DNA of 64,000 nucleotides, from the NCBI GenBank assembly GCA_038087875.1, contig JAXLNO010000113.1, positions 124,001 through 188,000 of the forward strand, in the 5' to 3' direction. The DNA is from Malacoraja senta. Taxonomy: Eukaryota. Under the pieces are notes generated by a model. The model saw only the letters and a program-made list of their open reading frames with translations. It was not told where the DNA came from and did no database searches. Positions 10,821 to 24,086 of the stretch are shown in pieces. Made by a program: the position numbers and the translations under genes. How positions within the stretch are numbered: the first letter of the stretch is position 1; each line of letters begins with the position of its first letter.

Positions 10821-13714
10821 ACCCTATTGTGCTGGAAATGTCTTCAGAGCGAACATTGACTATGTTTGATAACGGAATGCAATCAAATGTGTTTTAATTC
10901 CCAAAGTTATTATTTGTTTTAGTCCATAAATTAATTAAATTGTGAACACGTGCAACATTAAAACCGGTGTTCGATTGTCACTGCTACCGTTGACACGTTA
11001 TTACAGAATTCATTTTAACGGCAAATCAATGCTCTCAATATGGAGTATCAGTACTGTAGTTATTTAATGAGCAACATTCACAACTATACATTGGATTTAT
11101 CCAGGTTTTACTTCTAGTCAGTCAGTCATATACATCACAAATTTGATCAGGAGATATTTCAGTTGAAATTTTAACGTTAATTCTGAAGTGGGAATGATGG
11201 AAACAGCATTTATCAATAATTAAAAAAAAAATTTGGTGCGTACAAACTGGGTATTTTCATTGCTGTTCACAACACGTACATCTAATCTGAATGTCCGGTA
11301 ATGTGGCGTTTTGACACCTTTAAACATATTACCAAAAGAACATTTGCTGCAGTTATGTCCTTTGGCCATCTCTTGTCAGTTAGTATAATGTTTAACCTGT
11401 CGGATGGGTATAGTCGGTTTTAACAGCTATTATCATAAAATGCCTTTAGAAATTTCCATGCAACCTGTATATTTCATTATGGATCAATTATGTGGGAAGC
11501 GAGAGTGTTTCTGTGCCAATAGCAATAACGACCCCTGCTATGGCCATGTCATGGTAATTTTCGGTCCTTCACAGAAAACATGCTTGCATCAATCTGTAGT
11601 GTGCATGGTTAAGCATATATGTTACCATGGTCCAGGATTTATTGACACAGGTTGATCATACACTGAATAATCCAACCACATTTTTGTTTGGAAGTGGAAA
11701 GATCTAATAGAAATTGCATTCATTGCAATGTGTAAAAAGAGTTGAGATACTGTATTATAATTTTGCTGCTTGTCATTGTGGTATATATCATGTCTTGATT
11801 GGTGAATATGTTTAGTTTGTGACTTTATTTGAAGCAGAAATAATATGTGAATGCTTCATTGAGCATAATTCCGACTGGTAATTATGCACTTCGTCCGAGC
11901 ACATTATCGCACGCGTCATGCAAACCGTCTTAAATGACCACCTAAACTGTTATTTGGCAACCTAAAAAGCTGCCTAGGTTGCCCGGCTGGCAACAGGGAA
12001 AAAAAGTTAAGTGAGAGCCCTGGTCACTAGTGTATACTGCAGCAGAATTCAGTAATAAATCAACCTGCTTTATTAATTGACAATTTCCTTGCTACCAATT
12101 AATCGTCAAGGAAGAGACCTGGGGAACAGAGATTAGGATCGCAACATAAAAAGTCAGATTAATTTGAAACCCTACTATCGTTCTTCCTCCAATCATTTTG
12201 TTTAATCTATTTGCAGGTGATCAGCAATGAAATGGGTAAAGTTTAAGGCAGTGCTTTTTGTTTTGTGGGCAAAAAGGCGCCAGTACACATAGAATTCCTC
12301 GCTGTTGGTGCCTAGGGTGGATCATCATCCGAGAATCCGCAAAAGCTGTTTAGGGGCTTGCTGTTTAATTCATAAACTTTATTTTAACTTCAAGAGGTGC
12401 CAATATGCCGTATCTACGCGTACAGTCACAAAAAAGTCCCAATTTAAAGTAGAGTAGGAGGGTTAGGAGAGATTTGAGAAATAATTTTCCATCCAGAGTG
12501 AAGCCGAAATCTGAAATACACATGGCAGTTATTGGAGGCAGTTACTATCATAACTTAAGAAATATGTAGATAAGTAATTGAAACAACGCAGCAGAGAAGT
12601 GCTGGAAAATTTGATGACCATAGATAGGGACTTGATGGCCAGTGCAGAGACAATGGTCTGTTAGCGTGCTATAAAAATCTATGTCTCTATTATTGAGAAT
12701 CGTGATGGAATATGCACTCTTCTTATTTGACTCTCAGATATAGTGGTCAACACATTCTGTGTTGGCAGACAAAAAGACAGGAACATTCACATGCCTATTG
12801 AACAATTGGGAGAAGGAATTATGATGAAAGCTGCTCAGCAACATCTAAAACAATCCTGTAGCACAGTTCAGTCAAGCTTCCTAGTAAAGCATAGTGAGCA
12901 TATGATTTGCATTAAAAAAAAATTTGATCTAAAAGAGAACTTTGAATAGAGAAGTCACAACATAAAAGCTAATTAATGAGGTGTTCAGAGAATGCTTGTC
13001 AGTTCCCCTGGCAAAAACTCAGGCTTTCAATACTTCTACATTTTGAAAATGTTCACAAGAGCCTCAAATTAATATCTGTAAAGTTCACCGTGCATCGATA
13101 CCACTTGGTCACACGGTCTATATAGTTCTTTAAAGCACTTCGCTATTATTCAGAAAAAATTCTCAGGATGGATATGCATTCGGAGAATTACAGGTGAACT
13201 ATAGCACTGCTGGAACAACACCATTACAGTTACTTTGCATAACTATAACAACTCTCTAATCATTTGTAACTAATGCTACAGAGCAGGGAAAGAAACTTGC
13301 AAATAATGAAACCAGCTTCCTTTAGACTTGACACAAATGCAAACCAAAAATCCCTAAAACACTAATTTTGGAAGCAATGCATATTCTGTTGGTGACACAA
13401 GATAACAGAACCTATTAAAAAGCTTCAGTTAGAAATATAACCATCAGCAACCAAAGTACATCAGAAACTGTATTATTGCGTGGACCCAAGCAGAGATTTT
13501 ATAGTCACAGTGCCCTCGATGTTTGGGACAAAGACCCATCATTTATTTATTTACCTCTGTACTCCACAATTTGAGATTTGTAATAGAAAAAAATCACATG
13601 TGATTAAAGTGGACCTTGTCAGAAAAAAAGGGGCATTTTTATACATTTTGGTTTCACCATGTAGAAATTACAGCAGTGTTTATACATAGTCCCCCCATTT
13701 CAGGGCACCATAAT

Positions 13715-15214
13715 TAGCGATGTTACAAAACTTACCTTCAGCGGCGCTGCAGTTCTGCCACTGGCCGTGCGCGCGACTTTGGCGCCTTTGAGGGGGGGGA
13801 ATTAAAATGCCGTTTTCTACTGCTTATCGGTGGCGGACTTCCTCGGGCTGCCAGCTGCTGAAGAAAAATCGAACCGACTTCCGTTCCAGATTGTTTTTAA
13901 ATCGCGAGACAATTTAATAATTACATTAAAATAAAAAGCGACTTCTAACGCCCTCAACGCCTACAACGTGACGGATCGCATGAACGGGACAAATTGTTTA
14001 TTTTACATATAATCTTGTTTCTTGGTATGGCTTTAATCAAATTTTATGATGCGAAAATGTGATTTCGGCCCCATACGAACCGGCAGTGATTTTCCTGCCG
14101 ATATGGGGTTCAAATTCACCGCAAATGCAACGTTCCAATCGATCGCATTCCAGAAAAACCCATTCGCAAGATGATTTAAATGCTCTTTTTTTTGGACAAT
14201 CATGTCATAAGAGCATCTAAATCGTCTATATTTTGTGTTATTGTCTATCCATAGTCAATATTTTTATACTAAATATCAGTTTTAGTCCCATGTATTGTGC
14301 AAAAAAAAAAAAATGTTTAATGATATTGAGTGGATGTTTCTAGATTAATTTATGGGAATTAAACATTAAATTCCTTCCATCTGACAGTAAGATTTAAAAA
14401 TCACATTATATGGTGAATTCTTGTGTGAATGGGATTAATTTGTTATTTGGAGACAGGCTATTTAAAATTTTCTTACGAAATGAAATCTACAGGGCATTCT
14501 TAATGGGAAAGTAGTGGGCAAAAAGGCATGTCATGCGTGGTTTGAAGAGCAAAAACTTGTAGCTTACAATGCCAAAATTGAAAAGTTGAGGAAAAACAAG
14601 GTGTACAGAGTTGCTTATTGGTTACAATCTGAGGAGTATGATGATGCTACTGATTATGATATGCCAATGTACCAGCTAGCAATTGATCTTCTCCCTAAAG
14701 ACTTGGTCTAATGCTAGAAATTGTAATTTATTTACCTATCTGTTACAGACTTACAGCATATAATACAATATTAAAGTTCTGATCTTGAGAATATCACATT
14801 TTTGAATTTTCAAGGCAGTCTGGGTGTTTATTACTATTTCCGTCACAACGGTCAATTTTGTAGTAATTATATTAACTAATTATATGCTTTAATTTCAGGT
14901 CATCCAAGTAAGATGTTTTATATTTGTTTCAGAATGCTTCAATCTATAATAACTGAAAATTTCATTCAGTTCTCTAGATTTTTAAGAAAGTTATGGGCTT
15001 TTGACTGTCCTCGATCACAGCTCTTGTGTTAAGTCAATGGAAAAGCAATAGGGAATAAGATGCTAATTTCCGAGTATGAAAATGGCCATAACTTTTTTCA
15101 TACTGAAGATATGAAAGTGAATTAGGTGTCAAATTAAACTTCTTTTTATGCTTTATCTGATGGGATAAATTGCAGACTTGATTTAAAAAATCTCCAAATT
15201 TTGTAACATTGTTA
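13715..15214 (+). mobile_element. Nested non-autonomous TIR DNA transposon (1.5 kb) with a terminal coding remnant
   Basis: TIRs TAGCGATGTTACAAAA and TTTTGTAACATTGTTA; 7-bp duplication ccataat/tcataat; removing it restores the Tc1 inner direct repeat; ORF 14484-14711. Confidence 0.85.
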
Positions 15215-15365
15215 TCATAATGTTAGGGACACATGGCTTCACAGGTGTTTGTAATTGCTCAGGTGAGTTTAATTGCCTCCTTAATGCAGGTATAAGAGAG
15301 CTCTCAGCACCTATTCTTTCTAGTCTTTCCATCACCGTTGGAAACTTTTATTGCTGTTTATCAAC

Positions 15366-16408
15366 ATGAGGACCAAAGTTGTGCCAATGAAAGTCAAAGA
15401 AGCCATATTGAGACTGAGAAACAAGAATAAAACTGTTAGAGACATCAGCCAAAACTTAGGCTTACCAAAATAACTGTTAACTGTTTGGAACATCATTAGG
15501 AAGAAAGAGAGCACAAGTGAGCTTACTAATCGCAATGGGACTGGCAGGCCAAGGAAGACCTCCACAGCTGATGACAGAAGAATTCTCTCTATAATATAGA
15601 AAAATCCCCAAACACCTGTCCGACAGATCAGAAACACTCTTCAGGTGTCAGGTGTGGATTTGTCAATGACCACTGTCCGCAGAAGACTTCATGAACAGAA
15701 ATACAGAGGCTACACTGCAAGAATCAAACCACTGGTTAGCCGCAACAAAAAAGGAGGGCCAGGTTACATTGCCAAGAAGTACTTAAAAGAGCAACCACAG
15801 TCTAGAAAAAGGTCTTGTGGACTGATGAGACAAAGATGAACTTATATCAGAGTGATGGCAAGAGCAAAGTATGGAGGAGAGAAGGAACTGCCCAAGATCC
15901 AAAGCATACCACCTCATCTGTGAAACACAGTGGTGGGGGTGTTATGGCCTGGGCATGTATGGCTGCTGAAGGTACTGGCTCACTTATCTTCATTGATGAT
16001 ACAACTGCTGATGGTAGTAGCATAATGAATTCTGAATTGTATAGACACATCCTATCTGCTCAAGTTCAAACAAATGCCTCAAAACTCATTGGCCGGCAGT
16101 TCATTCTACAGCAAGACAATGATCCCAAACATACTGCTAAATCAACAAAGATGTTTTTCAAAGCTAAGAAATGGTCAATTCTTGAGTGACCAAGTCAATC
16201 ACCCAATCTGAACCTAATTAAGCATGCCTTTTATATGCTGAAGAGAAAACTGAAGGGGACTAGCCCCCAAAACAAGCATAAGCTCAAGATGGCTGCAATA
16301 CAGGCCTGGCAGAACATCATCAGAGAAGACACCCAGCAACTGGTGATATCCATTAATCGCAGACTTCAAGCCGTCATTGCATGCAAAGGATATGCAATAA
16401 AATACTAA
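15366..16408 (+). pseudogene. Disrupted Tc1 (DD34E-type) transposase
   Basis: MRTKVVPMKVKEAILRLRNKNKTVRDIS HTH start, GRPRKT, WTDETK and QQDNDPKH motifs, SPNLNLIKH (catalytic E changed to K); stops and frameshifts. Confidence 0.93.
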
Positions 16409-17747
16409 ACATGACTACTTTCATTTACATGACATTGCTGTGTTCCAAACATTATGGTGCGCTGAAATGGGGGGGACTATGTATAAATACTGCTGTAATT
16501 TCTATATGGTGAAACCAAAATGTATAAAAATGGCCTTTATTAAAATCTGACAATGTGCACTTTAACCACATGTGATTTTTTCTATTACAAATCTCAAATT
16601 GTGGAGTACAGAGGCAAATAAATAAATGATGGGTCTTTGTCCCAAATATTATGGAGGCCACTGTATGCGCATAAATACTTCAAAACCCAGAGACAATTCA
16701 GGATTATTGAATACAAACACTCATATAATGATAATTTTGTTCAACTATTTTCCCACTGAAAACTGTGTTTAACTTTATTCATCAGCAATGCACTTTTGAA
16801 GATTGTTAGTATTGATGTTATTTTTGTTTGAAGTTAGACTGCAAGATCTATGCTGCGACTAAAGTGGATGGATCATTCTTCCCAATTTTAGTTTTGCATT
16901 TGTTAAGAAATGATCTTCTAAACTATTTTTAGGTGTTAAAATCCTTATGGTAAAATATTAAACAATCCCAAATTTATTTGTTGGAGTTTAGATTGAGATT
17001 ATCTTGAGATTTGTACATTTCCAGTGGCTATGAAAACCACACAAGCTAATATAATTCTGCCAAATAACTAAAAATCCAGAAGATTTTACTCAGCTGTGGA
17101 TATCAACCATATCCTATCCTTGTGCAACATCTACACTTGCCCACCTTTCAACAAAGCTCTGTTTTTAGCACAGATCAAATGTGATGTCCCTGCTATCTCA
17201 GAGATCCACCATCACAGTACTGCCCAGAAGATTGAAACCCAGACCTTCCAGGAAGTCTGCAATGGTTACTGCACATTCCAGTCCCCCCAGATAATGATGA
17301 CAAAAGCATTTACATTTATGTAAGGCTTAAATGTAAAAGAAATATCCAAGTAAAAGTAAATTAAAATGAATCTTGAGCATGTCATCATTGAGATAAATTC
17401 ATCAACGATGAATTTATCCACAACGTTGTTCTTCTACACTGACAAGTCTAATAAACATCCATATTCTTACTACCTCTGACAAAAAAAACAAGTGCCTAAG
17501 AAAGACTATAGAAACCAGAAATCTGAAATAAAGACGAAAAACAAGATGATCCCTCCAGGAAAAGTAAATTCTCTCTTTCCCTGGGTATTTTTATCTGCAG
17601 TGTATTTTCAGAATGTTTTTTTTATTTGAATACTATATACAATCATGTAGAATGGAAATATACTCTTCAACCCATTGACTCCATGCCAAACATGAAGCAT
17701 CCATTTATACCACTTCTTCACTAAGACCATTTTAGTCTCTCCACATC

Positions 17748-18370
17748 CGGCGACTGTCAAGTTGCCGGCACTCGCCTGAAAAACTGGGAACTGGAATGGC
17801 GACTGTCAGAGTAGAACACACACACAAACACATCGAAATTCACACGGTACAAAGCCAAGGTGATACAGACACACATCGCGATGAACAGGAAGGTTGGCGC
17901 TGTAATTAAGATGGCTAGCAGTATACGGTAAGTCCTTTAAAAGAGGGGAGAAGGAGGGAGAAAACTTGTAAGAAGCCAGACAACGTTTAATAAGCCAGAG
18001 ATACACAGCTGTGAAGTTCGGCGGATATTTCGCTCGGTTATCCTTGGTTCTGAAAACTCCTGCTTATGTTTTTTTTCCCCAATGAGCCAATGAAAATGAC
18101 CGGTCAGCAAAGGCGATTAACTAAAACTACCTACGACTACCCATAACTACATGGCATCCCCACTACAACTGCACCTACGACTACAGGATTATCGATTTTC
18201 TTCATGGCGACTATACTGAAAAATTTGCGGCGACCATACTGAGGCCACGACTAGTTCCCAGAATGCGGGAACTCCTCGCGACCATGAAGGAGACTCACCA
18301 GAGACCACCAGTGAACATGTGGCGACCATGAGCGCAGAGTCTCCTGCACTCGCCTAAGTGGGACAGGCCC
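17748..18370. mobile_element. Harbinger-like MITE, left end missing, inserted in a SINE
   Basis: Right end AGTGGGACAGGCCC matches the MITE ends at 52506-52717 and 59991-60292; SINE halves on both sides. Confidence 0.6.
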
Positions 18371-18682
18371 ATAACTCTCCTATATTCTACCACTCACCCA
18401 CACACTAGAGGCAAACAACACTGGCGAAATGACACACCAACATGCATGTCTTTGTGATGTGGGAAAAATTTGGAATACCAGAAGGAAATCCAAGTGGTCA
18501 CAGCGTGAACATGCAAAAGGCACTTGAGGTTTGATTTACTCCATGTTGCTACCTCTGAGACAGCAGGGCTATTAGCTACACCAATGTGCCCCCTAAATAT
18601 TGGTATGTTGGTGCATGCTACTTGCAAGTCCCATTTATCCATACCTGGCCAATATCCCTCTAAACCATTCGTACCCATCTCC

Positions 18683-18992
18683 TGTTGGGGGAGTCCAGAA
18701 CCAGGGGCCACAGTTTAAGAATAAGGAGTAAGCCATTTAGAACGGAGACGGGGAAACACTTTTTCTCACAGAGAGTGGTGAGTCTATGGAATTCTCTGCC
18801 TCAGAGGGCGGTGGAGGCAGGTTCTCTGAATGCTTTCAAGAGAGAGCTAGATAGGGCTCTTAAAAATAGCGGAGTTAGGGTGATATGGGGAGAAGGCAGG
18901 AACGGGGTACTGATTGGGGATGATCAGCCATGATCACATTGAACGGATCGAAGGGCCAAATGGCCTACTCCTGCACCTATTGTCTATTGTCT
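18683..18992 (+). mobile_element. CR1 3' fragment
   Basis: ORF GESRTRGHSLRIRSKPFRTE...QRVVSLWNSLP followed by the CR1 tail. Confidence 0.9.
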
Positions 18993-19011
18993 GTCCAAAT
19001 ACTTATTAGAG

Positions 19012-19700
19012 ACAAAGAAAAATAGGTGCAGGAGTAGGCCATTCGGCCCTTCGAGCCAGCACCACCATTTAATATGATCATGGTTGATAATCTAAAATCA
19101 GTACCCCATTCCTGCTTTTTCCCCCATTCCCCATATCCTTTGATTCCTTTAGCCCCAAGAGGTAGATCTCTCTCTTGAAAACACCAACATGAAATGTTGT
19201 TATCATACATGGGTTAACTATTTCCACAGGCAGCTAAATCCAAATGCCCATCACCCAACACGTGAAAAGATTATCCCTCAGGTTTCATTTAAATCTTTCC
19301 CCTCTTGCCTAAAACCTATGCCCTCATGTTCTTGATTCCCCAACCCTGGGAAATAGACTCTGCAATCACCCTATCTATTTCCACCACAATCTTATACACC
19401 TCTATAAGATCACCACTCAGTCTCCTGAGCTCCAAGGATTAAAGTCGTCGCCTACCCAAACTCTCACTATAGCTCAGGCCCTCTCTCTATAGCTCAGGCC
19501 CTGGCAACATCCTTGGAAATCTTCCCTGCATTCATTCCAGTTTAATGGCAACTTCCCCATTGCAGGGCGACATAAACTGAACACAATGCTCCGTGCGATC
19601 TCACCAACATCTTGAACAACTGTAACATCACGTCCCAAATTCTATGCTCAATTCCTGATTGATGAAGGCCAGTATGCCAACAACCTTCTTCACCACAACT
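19012..19700 (-). mobile_element. Two CR1 3' fragments in reverse orientation
   Basis: Reverse complement of the CR1 tail (19012-19180), then a divergent CR1 RT C-terminal piece. Confidence 0.8.
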
Positions 19701-22684
19701 CTTTGCAACACCAAATATTAATCAAAGAGCAAATAGATTTTCGAAGTAAAAACATAACAAAAATATCAGATTAAATAAATTCAACGCTAGTTGGAGGGCA
19801 GTAATTACAGATTCATTGTGATCTGCTCTCATTAAGAGAGCAGGTCTTCTGGTGAATCTTAATATGGGTATTTTGTGAGAGGTGGAAGGTTAAGAAGGGA
19901 TTTGTGAAGGATATTTTCACACAGATGTTTGGAATCTGGAAGGAACTGCCTGAAAGAGTGTTGGAGGCAGAAATCCTAAATATTTATCTGGATGAGCATT
20001 TGAACGGCCCAAGTGTAGAGGGTGCAGAGCAAATACTGGTAAATTGGATTGGTATAATGGTTGCATGGACAGGGTTCGCTGATTGAGCAGTTTCTGAGCT
20101 GAACAAAGTTTTTTGAGTAGTATAAGACTGAAATTCTCCTTTCATAATTCCCTCTTGTGGAATGATGACCATGACACAGCAATAATTAATTTCTTTTTTC
20201 TGGTTCATATCTGATGCATATGACAATTAACACTGTTGATAAAAGACTCTTGATTGGAACAATTGTATGGTAGCCCTAACTCAAAGATGCTCCAAAGCAC
20301 AAGGGGAAATAAGTAACAATGTTGAAACTGGAAGAAAAGGGTTCGAGATGTTGGACAAAGTTTTGACAAGGTGAAAAAAGGAGGCACGGGGCAATACAAA
20401 TTAGTGAATGGGTTAAAAAAAAGCACAACACAGGTGATCAAGGTTTCACATCACTCAGGCTCGAGAGTGAGGAATGAATTGAAGATTAGGAAGAAGTTGT
20501 GCAAGTTGCAAATTACAAAAGGATAAAACAATAGGTCGCTTTCACCAAGTTTCAATAATGTGGACAAGGATTTTGAATTAAATGCACTGGAAGAAAGATA
20601 GCTTGTTGGGTTAGAGATCCCAAAGATACTTGCATAGAAGAAGATACGAAAGTTGAATATGATGTTTAAGTATGGACATGTTCTCATTTCATTCCATTAG
20701 TTAACCAGTCCAGAAAGCAATTTGGAGAGAATTTAGTTTCATAGAGTTTTGAGGACAAAAGAATGACTGCTAATTATAAATCCCTTAGCCATCAATAGGC
20801 TGAGAGATCCAAGACTATTGACTTTACAAAATTTGAAGCTATTTTTTACATATAATTGAAGTATTTAGAATTTGAAGGGAATAAAATAGTCTGTGTGAAC
20901 ATACTATTTGAACAACAGGTTAGCAGGCATAAGATATACAAGCTGTGTAGGCACACAACTTGGTTCGAGGTCAGAATTATTTTATTTACACAAAGAATTG
21001 TCAACACAAAATAAATTGCCAGCTCAAGCAGAATGTGGCTCGATGTCACAGTTAAAACATTTCATTTACAGGGGTCCTGATGCTGAGTGAAAGCTATATC
21101 TGGGATCATGGGTATTGCATGATTAACATTTTCTTCAAAACTTTCAGTTCAGAACAGGTATTCACAGATATTGTTTAGAATTAGATTTTTGTTTTTCTTC
21201 AGGAGATTGCATAAATACAAGGGAGAATTAATACCAGGTCAGGTAGTTCCATTGTGTCATGGCCCTGTGAAACAGACTTCACGAAGCAGCTTGTAATTTC
21301 ATGCACAGTGTTTTAGCATCTGCACTCAGCTCCATGCCCTACAATGAAATTTGACATCCTGATTCACATCACTCCCTAGCTTCACTCTGCAACTTCTAGC
21401 TTTCTCGACCCAAAATATCACCCGTCAATTCGATCCACAGTTCCTCCTGAACATTGTTTTGCTCAAGATTCCAGCATCTGCACTTCCTTGTATCTCCACC
21501 CCAGTCTTGCACTCACCCCTCTCAAAGTAGAAAAATACTTTTCAAATATTAAAATTTGCAATAAAACCATGTTACTGTAATATCAGCAACAACATTCACT
21601 ACAGAACTACTGAAGGAGGTGTAACTCAGTCTCTGCAATCAACTGCCATGAGTAATACAAAAGCATGTTAAAAGCTTTATCCCTTCATCACAGGGCCATG
21701 AGAAGGATTTGGGGCGACAACATCGATTCAATGTAGATTGGTGAGTTTGACAGGCAAAACCTGCCAATTACACATCAAATAAAAAAGTGTCACATTAACA
21801 AAGCAGGAACTTAAGGCTTGTAGTATTCCATGTTCAAGATTTTTCTTTTAAAAATAATTCCTTCCCTTCAAAACTCAAAATGGAAACTGCAGATTTACGA
21901 AGAACTGTTAAATGGAATGCACTCAGATATTCTTAATGGTGCATTGAATAATATATTGTCTACATTTAATCTTTGGAATTTATACAAGATACATTCAACG
22001 CAAAATCTGTATCTGTTTTGCTCGAAAAGTGCCTTCAGTCACTACTCTTGACCACTCTGTGCTGACAGATCACCTCAAATAGATCAGCTGGAACCTTTCT
22101 TTTTGTGTATAAAATAGGCTGATACCTTCATACCTTAAACATCAACATAACTTTCATATTGGATCCACTATGCAATTCCAACAAGAACTGGGATGAACAT
22201 ACAATGTCTATTTTTTCCATTCATTATTCAAGGAAATCCTACTTTGTAGTTTTAAAGTCTATACAACCCCACATAAATAACAGACTGAATTTGATGTTAT
22301 GCTATATTGTATAATTAACTGTTAAATATCAAGATTCATTTACAACAGAACAGCCTTGTTTTCTTCAAAAAAAATTGTAAAACCAACCACTTTATTTCAT
22401 TCATCCAAAAAAGCCATTCTTGTTAAAAATGAATATACTATTGACCTCTGTGGCGATCACGCAGTGAGCAATAGCTAACTAGTTTATTACAAATACATAG
22501 TTGGTATTCATCTCCAATTAGAAGACACTAAAAAAGTGGAAATATTAAATTCTATAAATAAAGTTATGAATAAATTACTTGTTTTAAATTAATTCCATAT
22601 TTGACCCTAAACTAATTGAAGTTATTCTCTCTTCCACTGCCATGCCCAGATTAGCACATGACATAAATATAGAACAATGTGTAC

Positions 22685-22794
22685 CTCATATATAGCACTC
22701 CATTCTGGCCAACTTGCCGCTGCCATCCTATTGGAACTTGGACTGCTGAGCTCCCACCATCTTTTTCACCATCATTCTCGTTTCCTCCATTCAT
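22685..22794 (-). CDS. MBD5: MBD5 first coding exon, coding part ([37 protein letters not shown]), start of the MBD domain
   Basis: ATG at 22794; translation matches the vertebrate MBD5 N-terminus (MNGG...QVPxGWQR.V.QNGVLY.S); donor AG|GTAC at 22685/22684; 110 nt, phase 2. Confidence 0.95.
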
Positions 22795-23365
22795 TTTCAC
22801 GTTTCTGCTTGTGACACCCTAAAGATATCAAAAGTCAGATGATATCTTCGGACTTCATGTCATCATGGCCTCTGAAACGTGACCATATGGTACAGTGTTT
22901 GCCCACTGTACGAAGTAATCAAGATCTTCTGGCTCAATGAGGAATCATCGCTTCAAAAACCACCATTTTGTTTAAAGTCAATGTCTCATAATAATCCACA
23001 TTCATTTAGTGCTGTTGGATGATTCAGAGAGTTTGGAGTTGTACAGTAGTGCTACATGGAGAGAAATGGTTGCTTCCTGAACACGACGTACATGATTCAC
23101 AATATCTCAATTCGGTTCTGATCTTCAAGATAATTTATGTCATGAAATAGCAGTTTTTTTCAGCTTCACTTATTCCTGCAGACTAGTGTTGATTATGAAG
23201 ACAAAGTAATCTTCTAATTGAATCCATAGTAGGCCACATTTTTCAATGAACATAATTTCTCAGGCAAATGTAATCCAGATGGTTCTCGCTTTTAACAAAA
23301 TAGCCTTCTGACTTCACATCTCACCATTCTGTAAGTTTTGAACAATCCATTCTTCATACAAAATC
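22795..23365 (-). other. MBD5: MBD5 5' UTR part of the first coding exon (571 nt)
   Basis: Acceptor ttgtatatttacAG|GATTTT at 23366/23365; non-repetitive sequence continuous with the ATG at 22794. Mammalian MBD5 also has a long untranslated leader in this exon. Confidence 0.7.
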
Positions 23366-24086
23366 CTGTAAATATACAAGTTTAGTTTAGATATCTGAAA
23401 ATGTATACACTGTGCATAATTAACAATTAACTTACAAACACATAAATGGCAATTGTCCACCAGTTACCTTGCATATATTATACACTGATGTCTAGTTAAA
23501 ATCATATACTCTCATGAAACTATAATGTTTCAATAGGAACTTGAACCAACTAGAAAATAATTTGAATCATGATGAAATAGAATGCCTTGCTTTAATAAAA
23601 ACATGAGAATTAAGGTAAATTGACCAACATCAAGATTTGTCCTTGAAATTCCAAGGTAAATGTCATACGTAATGCAAAACAATAATTACATTTCTCCAAA
23701 TTCAAATTATGACTAAGCCCCACTCATCCATATAAAAAAAACACTGCACATGCTCTGAAGTGCACATTGCATTGTCAGATATGGAGTATTTTAAATATTA
23801 AACCTCACGTTTACTATTTGGGTGAACCCAAAGTATTGAGCAATGTATTAGTCACGTTGTCTACCATGTTCCTGCACATCAAAAGGGAACAAAAATGAGA
23901 ATGGCAAATACATGATTAAGTCAATGAGAAGTCAAGAAATAGGCTTTTCAGTAAATATCTGAAATAACTGACAAAAGTAATTTGTTGAAATGGTAAACTT
24001 CAAAACAAGTGGAATATGAAATGTTATTAGCTATTTTGAACCTAGTGCTTAACGAAATAGATCGGATGCAAGAGAAACAAAATATA

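Larger units (their letters stand above)
8912..12022. mobile_element. Non-autonomous hAT-like DNA transposon with cargo (3.1 kb)
   Basis: Termini CAGGGCTC...GAGCCCTG; subterminal TTGCCCGG/GGCAAC motifs at both ends; flanked by gccactagtg (8902-8911) and gtcactagtg (12023-12032); no transposase ORF. Confidence 0.8.
13508..16663 (+). mobile_element. Tc1-family transposon with long IR/DR terminal repeats, interrupted by a nested element
   Basis: TIRs of about 200 bp starting CAGTGCCCTC and ending CACTG|TA; inner and outer ATAATGTTTGGGACA-type direct repeats; transposase remnants. Confidence 0.95.

Noticed and set aside
9549..10821. Pro/His-rich and Gly-rich ORFs
   Set aside because: Translation artefacts of the C-rich minisatellite.
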